The position numbers were made by a program, and so were the translations under genes. From NCBI RefSeq assembly GCF_006345805.1, contig NC_043006.1, positions 49,414,001-49,478,000 on the forward strand: 64,000 bases of DNA. Reading direction: 5' to 3'. This stretch comes from Octopus sinensis. Lineage: Eukaryota. Under the pieces are notes generated by a model, which made no database searches, was not told the origin of the DNA, and saw only the letters and a list, made by a program, of their open reading frames with translations. Of the stretch, positions 25,386-38,044 are shown one piece after another (the first letter of the stretch is position 1; each line of letters starts with the position of its first letter).

Positions 25386-26224
25386 CAGTGTGTCTCAAAA
25401 GTCACTGTACGTTACTTTTTTCCTATTTCGTTTCAGGTATTATTCGGGGAGATGTGAGGCCGTCAGCATTTGCCATCTTAGATTTGGCAGTTTTTGTAAG
25501 TGTATCATTCCCTTGCCAATTGACGTTAGAGCAGCGATTTTTCAGACCCTACTGCAGTTCATTGCAAGTTTGAGAAGGTTTATGGCCGTCACACTGCTCC
25601 AGCACGTTGCACAATTTATGCTATCCATAGCAAGTTTCGTGAAAGAGAATCTGTTCTTGATAAACCACGCAGCGGAAGGCCTGCTACAACCACCATTGAT
25701 AAAAACACAGAAGTTCTGAAGCAGGTGTTCGCGAAAAGCCAGGGGAAGTCCATCCCGAGGACTGCCCTGGAACTTAGCATCAATGAAAGCTCGATTCAGC
25801 GGATCTTCGGAGAGTGATAAAGCTCTACCCGTACCGACTTCAGGTTGTTCAAAGGCTTCAAGTGAAAGATTATGATGCTTATGTGGAAATATGTGAATCA
25901 CTCCTCCACCATTACCATAACGACTTTTGGAAAACTCAGCTTTTGGAAAACTTATGATTCAGCGATGAGTCTATTCTTCATCTCCCTCGTCGGGTAAACC
26001 GACACTATTGTCGAATTTGGGGAAAAATCAAAACCAGCAGAAATTCTCGAACATGAATGAGACTCTCCAAAGTTGGTGGTATGTGTGCCACGAGCAAGGG
26101 AATGATATTCTTACAAACAATGCAAAGTGTAAGGTGTCAAATGCAGATGGCTTTACGTCTCTCCGAATTATACCTGAAACGAAATAGAAAAAAGAAAGGG
26201 AATAGTAACTTTTGGGAGAACCTG
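25386..26224 (+). mobile_element. Internally deleted Tc1/mariner element with ~130-bp TIRs
   Basis: TA|CAG..CTG|TA termini and long imperfect TIRs; translated PRSGRP..LYPYRLQVVQRL..FSDES..VNRHYCRIWG (DD37D/DD41D-like group). Confidence 0.85.
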
Positions 26225-26284
26225 TACGTACATACATACATACATACATACATACATACATACATACATACATACACACACACT

Positions 26285-26605
26285 CACACATACGAACAAA
26301 ACGTCCCCTGTCCAATGGACGGTGCTGAGTAGTCAAACATTTAAACCAAATTTTCTCAAGACAACTTATCCGATTTTTTTCGCGTACGCGTAGTATCGAT
26401 CGCAACAGCTGAATGTACTTGCGCGTACAAATGCACGTTCCCACGGCTTTATCGTTCGCAGTCTCACCTGGAATCGATTTTTGTAATTTTTTCAAGACTT
26501 ATACACGCCCTGATACCGTCTGTATCTACATATCAAATTTGAGCGCAATCGGATCGAGGATGCCCGAGATCCTAGAAGACAGACAGACAGACAGACAGAA
26601 CGGAT

Positions 26606-26612
<7 letters not shown>
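26285..26612. mobile_element. DINE-1/HINE-like non-autonomous rolling-circle element (second copy inverted at ~49676-50063)
   Basis: tatcaaatttgagcg.aatcgga..gaggatgcccgagatcctagaagac(agac)n-agaacgga is shared; there is a short hairpin at the other end. Confidence 0.65.
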
Positions 26613-26642
<30 letters not shown>

Positions 26643-26724
26643 ATACACAACTATGTATATATATATTTCGTTTTCGTATTTGGTTTGCAAGATTCTTTAC
26701 GTAAATTCGTGTTGAAGCATATTT

Positions 26725-26982
26725 TATTGTGTCCGGGGAGAGTCATTCTCTTTTAGTGCTTTACTAATTTAACACACCCTCCGGTCCGATTTACTCTCAT
26801 TTACTTATTTAGTTTAACTAAAATTTTCGTTGCGGCTTTTCAATAGTCAACGACTACTGAAAAGGTTGCAAAACGCAACGAAAATGTTAGTAAAAAGAAT
26901 GGTGTTTAGTAAATGAATGGAAATCGGACCGGTATTTCAAAAATAAGGCACTAAAAGAGAATGACTCTCTCCAGACGCAATA
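26725..26982. repeat. Imperfect palindrome centred at ~26850
   Basis: Outer arms tattg.gtc.gg.gagagtcattctcttttagtgc are mirrored; centre ttttcaatagtc-aac-gactactgaaaa. Confidence 0.85.
26852..26891 (+). ncRNA. Hammerhead-like fold with A at position 8
   Basis: acta-CTGAAAA-g-gttgc-aaaac-gcaac-GAAA-atgt-tagt. The minus-strand arm reads acta-TTGAAAA..gcaac-GAAA-AT-TT-tagt. Confidence 0.5.
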
Positions 26983-27086
26983 ATATATATATATATATAT
27001 ATATATTAATATATATATATATATTATATATATATTATATATATATATATATATAATATATTTATATAATATATATATTAAATTTG

Positions 27087-28690
27087 CAGGGTGTCCCAAA
27101 AATATATATGCATCTTTTAGCAGTTGACAACTCAATCTTAATTTCTCTCTAGATTTAGTCCATTAGAAATACTGAAGTAAACCAGACTGGGCTTTGAGCA
27201 AAAGAACTTTATCATATCGGTCTACGAGAAGTTTGAAAACGCGGTCGAAGTGTAGTCGAAGCGCAATGACAGTGTAAGGGGGAGTTTAAAAGAGATTCAC
27301 CTGCGCAACTTACCATGACTCGAATTAGAGATATGTCTGAAGTAAATTGGGACTGCTCCGAATATCCACAAGAAATGTTTCAGAAGACCACGGATACCAA
27401 CAAGTCCCACAAAGCAAGAAGGAGTACTAGAAACGTATTTCCTGAGCTCAAGGGAATCTGTGCGACAAGCAAGTCGTGAGATGGGAATTTCAAAATCAAG
27501 TCTTCATCTTGTTTTGAATCGCTGTCATTGCAGGTCTGTCACCGGACTTTGGTGCCTGGGGGTGCTTCAGAATATCCTGGGTGGGCACTAATTTGTAATA
27601 ATGCTGAAGTGGTGTGAGTCTGAAGGTGACCATTGAATAGTGAGGGGCAGTGCCGTCCAGTGCATTCCCTTAGCGACGGGCATGTTAATCAGACTTCAAG
27701 AACTTCACAACGGTGGTGCCCCAGCATGGCCGCAGCCTTCGGGCTGAAACATTTTAAAGGATTTTAAGGATATATATTGCAGGAAGATTTTTTAAAACAG
27801 TATTTTCTAAATCTCGTGGTACATCATTGATTCGTGAGGGGACAGTGCCGTTTAGTGAAACCCCTTAGCAACAAGCATGGGACTTTGGAAATGTTACATT
27901 CCACGAATACTCCATGTTCTTAATGAGGATGATCCGGAACGAAGTGCAGGGTTTTGCGAGAGGCACTTGGCAAGATGTGTAGAAAAGTGCTTACTGTGAT
28001 GAGGTTATATTTAGATTAGATGTTTTAATTAACCATCACAGTTACACATACTGGGGACCCAAGAATCCGCACATTACAGAAGAACATCATGCAATTTACC
28101 AGGAATTACAATTTGGTGCGGTTTATCACCAGAAGGATTCATATGACCGTCTCTTTTGACGGTACTGTGACCGGTTCATTTACTTGAACTTGTTGCAACC
28201 TTCTGACATGCCAAGCATTGAAGAGGACTTTGATGGTGTGTAGTTTTATTTGTAGCATTACCATAGTAAGGGCCTACCTTGATGAGATTTTGTCAAATAG
28301 GGGGATTGTACAAAAAGGTCCAATAGAATAACCTACGCATTCTTCGGACTTCACACCACAAGGATATTTTTTTATAAGGATATTTGCAAGAGAAAGTTGA
28401 CGGTACAAAACTAACATGAGTCGACAAACTGGGGGTAGGCATTAAATGAAAATGTGTACAAATACCGAATGAAATGCTTCTTAATGTTTGCGATTCCATT
28501 GTTTCATATTACCATTTGTGTCTGAAACAAAACCGTCATCAGTTTGAAAACAGGTGTTCACGAAAAAAAAAAAAGAAAAAAATTAAATTCCGTTTGTAGA
28601 TTCTTCAAAATTTTGAAAATGAAACGTATTTTAATAAACACCGTCTTATATTCATTCAATATGTATATAAATTTTTGGGGACACCAATTG
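27087..28690 (+). mobile_element. Decayed Tc1/mariner element (PRSPDLTP.DFFLWG-type transposase)
   Basis: TIRs ggtgtcccaaaaat.tatat at both ends; remnants YIPRILHVLNEDDP, YWGPKNPH, ITIWCGLS, GPIE*PTHSSDFTP.GYFL*GYLQEKV. Confidence 0.8.
27535..27775 (+). mobile_element. 241-bp retrotransposed insert with a CR1-type 3' tail
   Basis: 8-bp TSD ATTGCAGG (27527-27534 / 27776-27783); ends ggtggtgccccagcatggccgcagccttcgggctgaaacattttaaaggattttaagga. Confidence 0.8.
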
Positions 28691-28705
28691 TGTGTATGTG
28701 TGTGT

Positions 28706-28757
<52 letters not shown>

Positions 28758-29703
28758 ATTCACACGAATATATGTATGTGTGTGTGTATTCATGAATATA
28801 TATGTATGTATATGTGTGTGCATGCGTCTGTGCATGTGTGTGTTTATGTGTACGTATGTATATTATGTATGCATACATGCATGTATGTATGTAGGAATTT
28901 TTATAAGCAAACGGGAAAAAATGTACACAAGACACATAAGAGTTTTTGTTCTTTTTTTTTTTTTTTTCATTTTTCGAAGCGTATCATAAATTCAATCTCT
29001 CGCGACCCAGAATTCTACGCCACGTAGAATTCTACGTTCATGCGCCAAAAGGATTCGTCCCTTCGTTGTCCGATGGATTGCTTGAAGCGAGGAACTGTAC
29101 GGAACGTCGTTTAAACAGTCTATGTATATGTGTGTGTTTGCGTATGTATGTGTATATGAGCGTGTGTGCGTTTCTACCTGTATATGTACGTGTATGCGTC
29201 TCACTGTATATTTATGTTGGAATTTAGATATTTGAGTTAATAATTTGTATAAATATTTTGTTTACGTTCTTCATTTCTGTAACAGATTTTGCGTTTCATT
29301 TTTAGTATGCACCCATGATTTTCGTTGATATTTTCTGCTTTCCTATTTACAGTTTCTGTATGTTTTACGCTGAATAAGTCAAGCATGTCTCTCAGTTGGT
29401 TATGATTTAAATGTCCAATCGACAAGGTGAAACCGACCTTTCTCAGGCATGTATATATACCTCTATATATATATATATATAGATATATATAATATATCTT
29501 ATATATATATAAATATAAAGGGGGTACGGGGGCCTGGCCTGGAAGATATGTAGGTATGTAGAAAAAACAAACATGGACAAGAACGTATAACTCTTAGAAG
29601 ACGAGACAAACCAAAACACGGACAGAATTCGAACCCCCCGTCTTCAGTCAAGAACCGGATCATCGTAGTAATTTCGGCTGATTAATCTTATATATATATA
29701 TAT

Positions 29704-29756
<53 letters not shown>

Positions 29757-29915
29757 TATATATATATATATATATTATATATATATAAATATAATAATAT
29801 ATATAAAAATATATATATAGCAAAAACTGTCCGATGAACGGCAACGGGAAACTCAGAGACAGTAACAGTTTTGTTGAATTTTCTGCTGCTTTAAATAAAG
29901 TATATATATATGTGT

Positions 29916-30015
<100 letters not shown>

Positions 30016-30020
30016 CTTAT

Positions 30021-30402
30021 TCTCTCTCTATATAAACGGCAGTTTGTCTGTGTGTGTTTCTGTGTGTCTGTTAGGTTGTACCCTCACTCTGACCACGGCT
30101 TTCAACCGATTCTGATGAAAACTTGACACACACATAGCCCAATGTCATAATTCAAAACTAACGCAGCGAAAATTTTGAAAAGTTCCCCCAGTTCTGAAAA
30201 AAATTTTGGAATTCGACAGGGGTCGACAATCAGAAACCACAAACCACAGATGTCTAGGGGACGCAACTCGACCTTTTTAACTATCAAAAAAAAATTTACC
30301 ATCATTTTTCCCCCATTTTTTGCTATTTTTTGGCTATAACTCTAAAAATGCTTTATAGTTATTTCCCTTACAAACCCGAGCAACGCCGGGCGATACTGCT
30401 AG
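30021..30402 (+). mobile_element. Non-autonomous Helitron, body type B
   Basis: TC 5' end, (GT)-rich 5' block, CCCGAGCAACGCCGGG hairpin, CTAG|T end; near-identical to 47158-47536. Confidence 0.85.
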
Positions 30403-30411
30403 TGTATACTA

Positions 30412-30450
<39 letters not shown>

Positions 30451-30526
30451 GTATATATATGTATATATATAGTATACATATATATATATATGTATATATA
30501 TGTATATATATATGTATGTATATAGG

Positions 30527-30565
<39 letters not shown>

Positions 30566-30675
30566 GTTATATATATATATATATATATTGTTATATATAT
30601 ATATATATATTATATATGTATATATATGTATGTATGTATTTATATATGTATTTTATTGTATATATGTATTATATA

Positions 30676-30757
<82 letters not shown>

Positions 30758-30977
30758 CGTGAATATATAGGGAAGGATAAATTTCTCCAGGGGGTACCGT
30801 GATAGCTCTCGGTATATTCCAGTTACGCTAAGCGAATCAAGTGATAACAGACATTGATGATTGCTTAGCATTAGCGATCCCGCTGTTAATTCTTCTGATG
30901 GGTAACACCAGGTTCACTTTTCTGGATTCTGAATATTATCAGGATTATAAATTTCAAACAAGTACAAAGATTACGGA

Positions 30978-31328
30978 GACCGGTACATCATCATGTTTTC
31001 CTTTTGATTTTACAGTTGGTAAATACAGCATAAATAGGTGTGAAAAATGACCGAAGCGTGTCTCTGTTGCACAGCGTATGTGCAATTGAGCATGCAATCC
31101 AGATTAATCTGATGCGCACCTTCATTCAGGGTCCTTCAACGAGTGCAACTGCATATAGTCTGTGCAGCAGAATCTGATGCGCACCTTCATTCAGGGTCCT
31201 TCAACGAGTGCAACTGCATATAGTCTGTGCAGCAGAAGCACGTGACTGTCATTTTAAACAACTAATTATACTGTATGACCAACTGTAAAATTAAATGAAA
31301 ACTTTGATGATTTGATGATGTACCAGTG
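30978..31328. mobile_element. MITE with ~55-bp imperfect TIRs and a perfect internal 65-bp tandem duplication (31106-31237)
   Basis: ggtacatcatc..ttttacagttggt is mirrored by accaactgtaaaa..gatgatgtacc; right end CAGTG|TA. Confidence 0.7.
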
Positions 31329-31370
31329 TATATATATATATACACACGTATGCATATACATATATGTATG

Positions 31371-31434
<64 letters not shown>

Positions 31435-31914
31435 TAATAAGGGTAGAAATGATATTTATCAATTAAGACCAGTGGTCTAGCATATTAAAAAGAATCCGAA
31501 GATTAAAATATTTATATATACCAATTAAGGATATATATATATTATATATGCACAATACATATATACACACATGTATACACACACACACATACGCACACAC
31601 ACACACACACACAACACATCAATATATATATATATATATAATATATTATATACAGTATATCTATATATATACACACATGCATACATATATTATATATATA
31701 CACATATATACATACTATGCATACATACATACATACATACATACAGATATATGTATATATATACACATACATATACATACATATATATATTATATATATA
31801 TGTATATATATATACATATATATGCATATATATATATATACATATATATACATGCATACAGATATATGTATTGTATACATATACCTACATATACATACAA
31901 ACATACATACATAC

Positions 31915-31984
<70 letters not shown>

Positions 31985-32251
31985 TTGAGGGACACGCATT
32001 GTTAAATATCTGTCACAGCGGTGTATATTTATCGGTTAAGGTTGAGCCGTTCACATTTCCTAACGTTTCAGAAAGACCACCATTATTATGTACAATATTG
32101 TGTGTAGTCCTTTCATTGCTCATTGCTACAGTCAGTATCACTTCAAGTGTTTTTTATTATTTTCGAATATATTTTTGAAAGTCACCAGCAGATCGAAACA
32201 AATAGGGTTAGTTGTATTCATGGCCACCCGAAACAGGATTAGGAATGGTGC

Positions 32252-32446
32252 TCAATGGTAGATAGTTTGGTTATTGCTTTTCTTTTTCGTGGATGCGGCA
32301 GGTGCTTTGTTACGTTTCATTCCGGATTGAGGAAGTGACGACATGTTGTCTGTAGTGAATTGAGTTGTAAATGAATAATTGGCATCGTGTTGACGGAGCG
32401 AGGAGTCTTTCAATCGCTGACATGTGTTTTTGATGTAGGTGTGGAC
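32252..32446 (-). CDS. Class B1 GPCR: terminal coding exon (helix 8 and C-tail)
   Basis: ttcttttAG acceptor, phase 0. Encodes VHTYIKNTCQRLKDSSLRQHDANYSFTTQFTTDNMSSLPQSGMKRNKAPAASTKKKSNNQTIYH-TGA, giving NGE|V. The seven exons total 735 nt = 245 codons with no internal stop. Confidence 0.85.
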   Translation of the reverse strand, partial: VHTYIKNTCQRLKDSSLRQHDANYSFTTQFTTDNMSSLPQSGMKRNKAPAASTKKKSNNQTIYH

Positions 32447-32489
32447 CTAAAAGAAGAAAAAAAAATAAAGAAAACACATTAGTAAAATA

Positions 32490-32645
<156 letters not shown>

Positions 32646-32652
32646 CTTATCG

Positions 32653-32900
32653 AGGTGTCGAGCTGGCAGAAACGTTAGCACGCCGGGCGAAATGCGTAAC
32701 CGTATTTCGTCTGCCGTTACGTTCTGAATTCAAATTCCGCCGAGGTCGACTTTGCCTTTCATCCTTCGGGATCGATAAATTAAGTACCAGTTACGCACTG
32801 GGGTCGATGTAATCGACTTAATCCGTTTGTCTGTCCTTGTTTGTCCCCTCTATGGGCAGTAAAGAAGCCCCTTGTGGGCAATAAAGAAAAACGTATTTCG
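32653..32900 (+). mobile_element. SINE family B, full head
   Basis: AGCTGGCAGAAACGTTAGC (A-box-like), GTTCTGAATTCAAATTCC (B-box-like), Meta-like core; the tail runs into the start of a second monomer. Confidence 0.85.
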
Positions 32901-32914
32901 TAAGAGAGTATTAG

Positions 32915-33215
32915 TTTCAAACTGTGGCTCAAGGCCAGCAATTCCAGGTGATGGAGATATAATCGATTACATCGACTCCAGTGCTCAACGAGGACTTATT
33001 CTATCGACCTCGAAAGGATGAAAGGCAAAGTTGACCTTGGCAGAATTTGAACTCAGAACGTAAAGACGGGTGAAATGCCACTAAGACTTCTGCCGCTAAG
33101 CCTTTTACCACTAAGCATTTGCTGTTAAGCCTTTTACCGCTAAGCATTTGCCGCTAAGACTTTTGCCCTAAGCATTTGGCTCGCATTGCTAACGATTCTG
33201 TCAGCTCGCTACCTA
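32915..33215 (-). mobile_element. SINE family B with an internally amplified gctaagc motif
   Basis: aaaggatgaaaggcaaagttgacc core, followed by about six copies of c(c)gctaag(a/c). Confidence 0.75.
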
Positions 33216-33319
33216 AAAGTATAATAAATATTGCAATTTAATTAAATCATTTGCTCTAAACACTGCTATATTTCCTCTACACGCTCTTAGAATTTACTGA
33301 GAGAAGAATGACTTTTAGT

Positions 33320-33658
33320 AAGTTAAAAGGGTAAAGACCGCCTTCGGTCATGAATGACCAAGAGATTGAACCTAGAAAGTTCCCCTCCGAAGCACAAGTC
33401 TGGGCAAGATTGTTTATGGGAAGACCCAGCAGTCACCCATGCATACCAGCCTCTTCACTCCACGCCACCAAGAGAAAGGCAAAGACCGATACACTTTAGA
33501 ACCAGTGATGTGGCAACACATTTTTACAGTTGAGTGAACTGGAGCAACACGAAATGAAGTATCTTGCTCAAGAACATAACACAGTCCGGTCTGGGAATCG
33601 AACTCACAACCTCATGATTGTGAGCCCGACGTTCCTACCACTTAACCACACACCTTCA
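33320..33658 (-). mobile_element. tRNA-derived SINE family C (related copies ~51010-51210, 51785-52035, 55640-55890, 56900-57210)
   Basis: GAGTTCGATTCCC B box, then ttgagcaag...atttcacgttgctccagttcactcagctg core. Confidence 0.7.
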
Positions 33659-34037
33659 CTTTATTATGTTACCAATTGAATTTTATGTGTGTGTGCGCGC
33701 ATATAATCACACTTATATGCATGTTCTTGTATGATGCATGTGCACATATACAATAAAAAACCCATTGTACGGTGTCTTTACAAAGAGCATTCACAAGTAA
33801 CACACACACACACTCGTTCACACACAATTCAAATTCTACAGATATATGTACATTATGCAATCGTGCACGCGTCTGCACGCACACATTGGGTTTAGACACT
33901 CAGCTGCTTAATTAATAATTGAATGCTAATTAAATTTTCACCATTAGCTTTGACGGTTGACTTCCTCAGTATTATGGCCTTGTAATCTAATCATCGTTCC
34001 CAAACAGAAAACAAAACAAAACAGTCATATCATTTTT

Positions 34038-34069
<32 letters not shown>

Positions 34070-34099
34070 TATCATCATCATCATCAACAACAACAGGAG

Positions 34100-34141
<42 letters not shown>

Positions 34142-34149
34142 TTTCTCTG

Positions 34150-34530
34150 AATTTTTGATTTTTGCTTGTTTCAGTCATTGGACCGTGGCTATGCTGAAGC
34201 ACCGTTTTAAAGGATTTAGTCGAGCGGAACGGTTTCCAGTATTCATTTACAGTAAATATGACACTAACCCTATTTGCCGCACTGCTGAGTTACGGGGACG
34301 TAAACAAACCAACACCGGCTGTCAAACCGTGGGACCGGGTAGAAACACAAACGCAAAGGTACATACACACACACACACGCATAAACAACAGGTTTCTACA
34401 GTTTCCGCCTACGAAGTTCACTCACAAGGCATTGGTCAGCCCGAGGGCTGTAGTGGTAGACATTTGCTCAAGGTGCCGTACAGTGAGACCGCACTACGTG
34501 TTTGCAAAGCGACCCTCTTTACCACACAGT
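34150..34530 (-). mobile_element. Diverged SINE family A copy
   Basis: tttcagtcattg..gctatgctgaagcacc..gttacggggacgtaaac..(CA)n..cactcacaaggc. Confidence 0.7.
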
Positions 34531-35575
34531 CGCCGAGTCTTTTTCGCCACTTTTAAATTGGAGCTGCTTGCTTTACTGGTTTCAGTCATTGGACCGTGAC
34601 ACTTCCCCTGCCAATCGGTTTTATCGAGTGACTGCTTCGTCTAGTGCCGAGGTTCTCAACCATTTTTTTTTTATCTGTGGACCCCTTTGATTACTATGTT
34701 ATTCTGGTGGATTCCCATAGTCTTCCTATGTTTAGAAGCTAGTTTTATAGAAACTTCTTTCAAAATTCTTATTTTGCTTTTCCACACATTAAATTGTGCA
34801 GGTTGAACTATGGAAAACATTTGAGAAAGAAACCTAGCTGTTATTGTAATACATACCAATACATTTAAGGAGCCCTTAAAATATAATTGTGAATCCCCAA
34901 TTTACTATTTTGCTGCATGAATCCAACAAAGTCTTATATGGACCCTCAGAGGCCATATGAACCCCAGCTAAGAACTGCTGGTCTAGTGCAAGTTAGCGCA
35001 TGAGGGTTTGTCGTATTCTCCATGTGTCAACTACTAGGTTAGCTCTGAATCAATGGTCGTAAAAGAACAGCAACGAAATAGCCGAGAAGAGCTCAATGTG
35101 GCTATAGGCAAAGAGAAACGATAGCTGGAGCTGAAATAGAAAACTGCAAGACGCTAAACGGAGAACAGGAGGAGGAAAACTCTGATTTAAATAAATCAAC
35201 AGTGCAAGTTCTTTCGGTGGTTTTCACGATCGGGTGGTAAACACCAGAGTACAGGGAAATAAGATCACCCGAATGCCCCAGATCCAATCTAAACTAAAGG
35301 CAGCATTTCAGAAATAACAGGACACCTAGTAGTCATGACCTATGCAAACCCGGCTCCCTTACAGTGCCAGGAACTAACGGGTCGAAGCACTTGCTTGACT
35401 GGAGTTCTCTGATACTTATCCCCTGCTGTTTGATCGCTCCGTATCGAGTTTCCACTTCCTAGAGTATTATTTTGCCGTTCTTGTAAGATACGAAATGCAT
35501 TGGCGTAAGGAGATGTGAACAGAAGTTACAGTAACACTTACGGTTGTTGGTGCTTATAAGAAAAAAAATACTTAC

Positions 35576-35617
35576 CTCGCCATTGAGAAAGCAGAAAATT
35601 AGGGCTACAAATGCTCC
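35576..35617 (-). CDS. Class B1 GPCR: 42-nt TM7 exon
   Basis: Between tctttcAG and GTAAGT. Encodes GAFVALIFCFLNGE, the hallmark 14-codon class B TM7 exon. Confidence 0.95.
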
Positions 35618-36189
35618 CTGAAAGATAGAAAATTAATGGATTAATAAATACACAAATAGAAAACTAGCATCTCTAAAATACGGCTACATTACCAGTTGAG
35701 ATGACATACTTAAATATACTGTTCTCTCTTTACAGTTCAGATTCATTGTTTGTTAAACCTTCACTAATACACCACAACCACACTATTTCTGTTTTCTGTT
35801 GCATCTTTCCTCTTTCTGTTTTGTAATGATTTCAGTCTCACTAAACTTAACCCTTTGCCGGCCCAAAGTATTTTCATAAGTGTCCTAAAAGTCCATGCTT
35901 ATTTTATGACGCTTTGTATACCTTTGTTTCATACTTTCTGAGTAATATAAAATTTTCCTTTCACGAGTCCTAAGTTACTCTGCTAGTCGCAAAAATTTGG
36001 GAATGTGTATCATATGTGATGCATGGACGCCAAGAAAATATCACATGTAATACACGGGACAAGTAATAGATTAAAAAATGCATACAACTAACTACAAAAA
36101 CCTCAGGTTATTATTTGATCCGCTGACCTCTCTTCCTCTTCTCACCGTCTTTAATGTTTTCCAGCGAAGGTGACAAATTATTAGAGTCT

Positions 36190-36830
36190 ACAGATGCATA
36201 CTTGTCTTTTGAAAAATTTACTGGCAGAGAGCACTACCCACTGATCTCTCACTTTTCTCTTGAAGTTGAACATGAAAAAGATTATTAAGACTTGACCAAA
36301 GAGGAAGGTGTCTGTTCTCAATCCTTTCAGTCTTGTACTTCACGCAACCTCTTTTGTCACAGCCACGAGAGGAAAACTGCCAACCTAACCCTGCCAACCT
36401 AACCGTGGGAGGGGGAGATCTTCATGATGAACTCGACCGACAACCGGATCCGTTCTACATGCGACAACTGCCGCTCGACATAAGTGTAGCACCGTCTCAT
36501 CACTCTGCCTGTATCTCGAGCAGTCTCGCCTGACGACACTTCCGCCATTATTGTGTGATTGTACCCCTCACTCGTACTGCCAGGACAAGGATAACTGTAA
36601 GTTAACGATAGTAGTCCATGACGCACCAGACCTACTGAGTAGACTAGTAGGGGTGGTATTGCTGGCAATACCATGTTTCCTCGAGGACGTATTCGAGCTT
36701 ATCTTCCACTAGTCCTCTATACTCCCTTCGTCTGCATTTCCCGACTGGTTGAAATGAGGATGGTAATCGTTTGACAACATTCCAGATGCCTAGGGCCCCC
36801 AATCTTGATCTTTTCTTGATTTAGTTCTGA
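36190..36830 (-). mobile_element. Decayed L1/Tx1-like LINE C-terminal remnant
   Basis: Minus-strand fragments ALGIWNVVKRL, RDCSRYRQSDETVLHLC (zinc-knuckle-like ETxxH), FFKRQV; many stops. Confidence 0.4.
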
Positions 36831-37155
36831 AAAAAAAAAGAGTTGCACCCATTGGTCTTTTTTGCCGAACCGCTAAGTTGCAGGGACATATACACACCAA
36901 AATCGGTTGTCAAGTGGGGGTGGGTGACAAACACAGACACCAAGACTATATATGTACGACAGGTTTCTTTCGGTTTCCGTCTACTCACAAGGCTTTGGTC
37001 GGCTAGAAGCTATAATAGAAGACACTTCTCCATGTAGTAGGATTGAACCCGAAGCCATGTGGTTGGGAAGCAAACTTCTTACCACACGCCTGCACCTATG
37101 TACATACACAAAATATAAAAGTGACGTGATCATAATGGTGGTTTCATGCACTTAC

Positions 37156-37291
37156 CTGTGATTTAATGATAATCTCTGATATATTCTCGTATGTATAGAC
37201 ATATGAGGAAGTACTATCAGGTCTGTTGATGATAAATACAAGCTGGAGACCAAAGAGAGGAATCAACACAAAAGTGGCTTTCAAAGCTCGC
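37156..37291 (-). CDS. Class B1 GPCR: TM6-ECL3-TM7 exon
   Basis: 136 nt between ttttccAG and GTAAGT. Encodes RALKATFVLIPLFGLQLVFIINRPDSTSSYVYTYENISEIIIKSQ; KATxxLxPLxGxQ and RP are typical of calcitonin/DH31-type receptors. Confidence 0.95.
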
Positions 37292-37353
37292 CTGGAAAAT
37301 AAAATAAATGGAAATCTCCTAACATAATATTGAGCGTAGTGTTTTTATGTATT

Positions 37354-37404
<51 letters not shown>

Positions 37405-38044
37405 CTAAAATTACAGATTAGGAGTAGGACGGAGTAGGAGAAAAGGGTTGTATAAGTGAAGGGAAAGGAGAGAAAATAGCAATTCAGTGAAGGAGAAGAG
37501 TGAGAGTAATAACCCTGACTGAGAGAGAGAGAGAGAGGGAGAGTGATAGCAATGGAGAAAGGAAGGGATGAAAAAAACATACTCTGTGAGTATATGCGTG
37601 TGTATGTAAAAGGGAGGCATGTGAATGTTTGTTTGCGTGTGTATGTGTGTGTGTGTGTGTGTGCGCGCGTGTGCAATGGAAATGAGATGGTGAACGTTCA
37701 ACGCTGAAAAGAAAAATCAAACAGCATTTCAACTCTGAGTATATGTATGTGCATGTACAACGGAAGTATGTGAATGTATCTGTGTTTATTATGTATCTTA
37801 TTTTGTACCTTATTTATATATAAAATACTACAATTAGCCGTCATTTTTGACGGCACAGGGTAAGCTTGTATATTATATTTGGGAACATTTGCAACAGTGT
37901 TGACTGAAAATGAAAAAAAATAAAAACTTCCACAAAATAGAACATTAGCAACAAAAACACACACACAAAATAAGCTGGTGACCTTAGTGATCTGGGTAGT
38001 CTTGGATATGTGAGTTTCTTCAATTGGGCTCCATTGGTTTACTC

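Noticed and set aside
35847-36074. piggyBac-like MITE (TTAA-CCCTT left end, TTAA right)
   Set aside because: The right terminus is not a convincing inverted repeat of the left.
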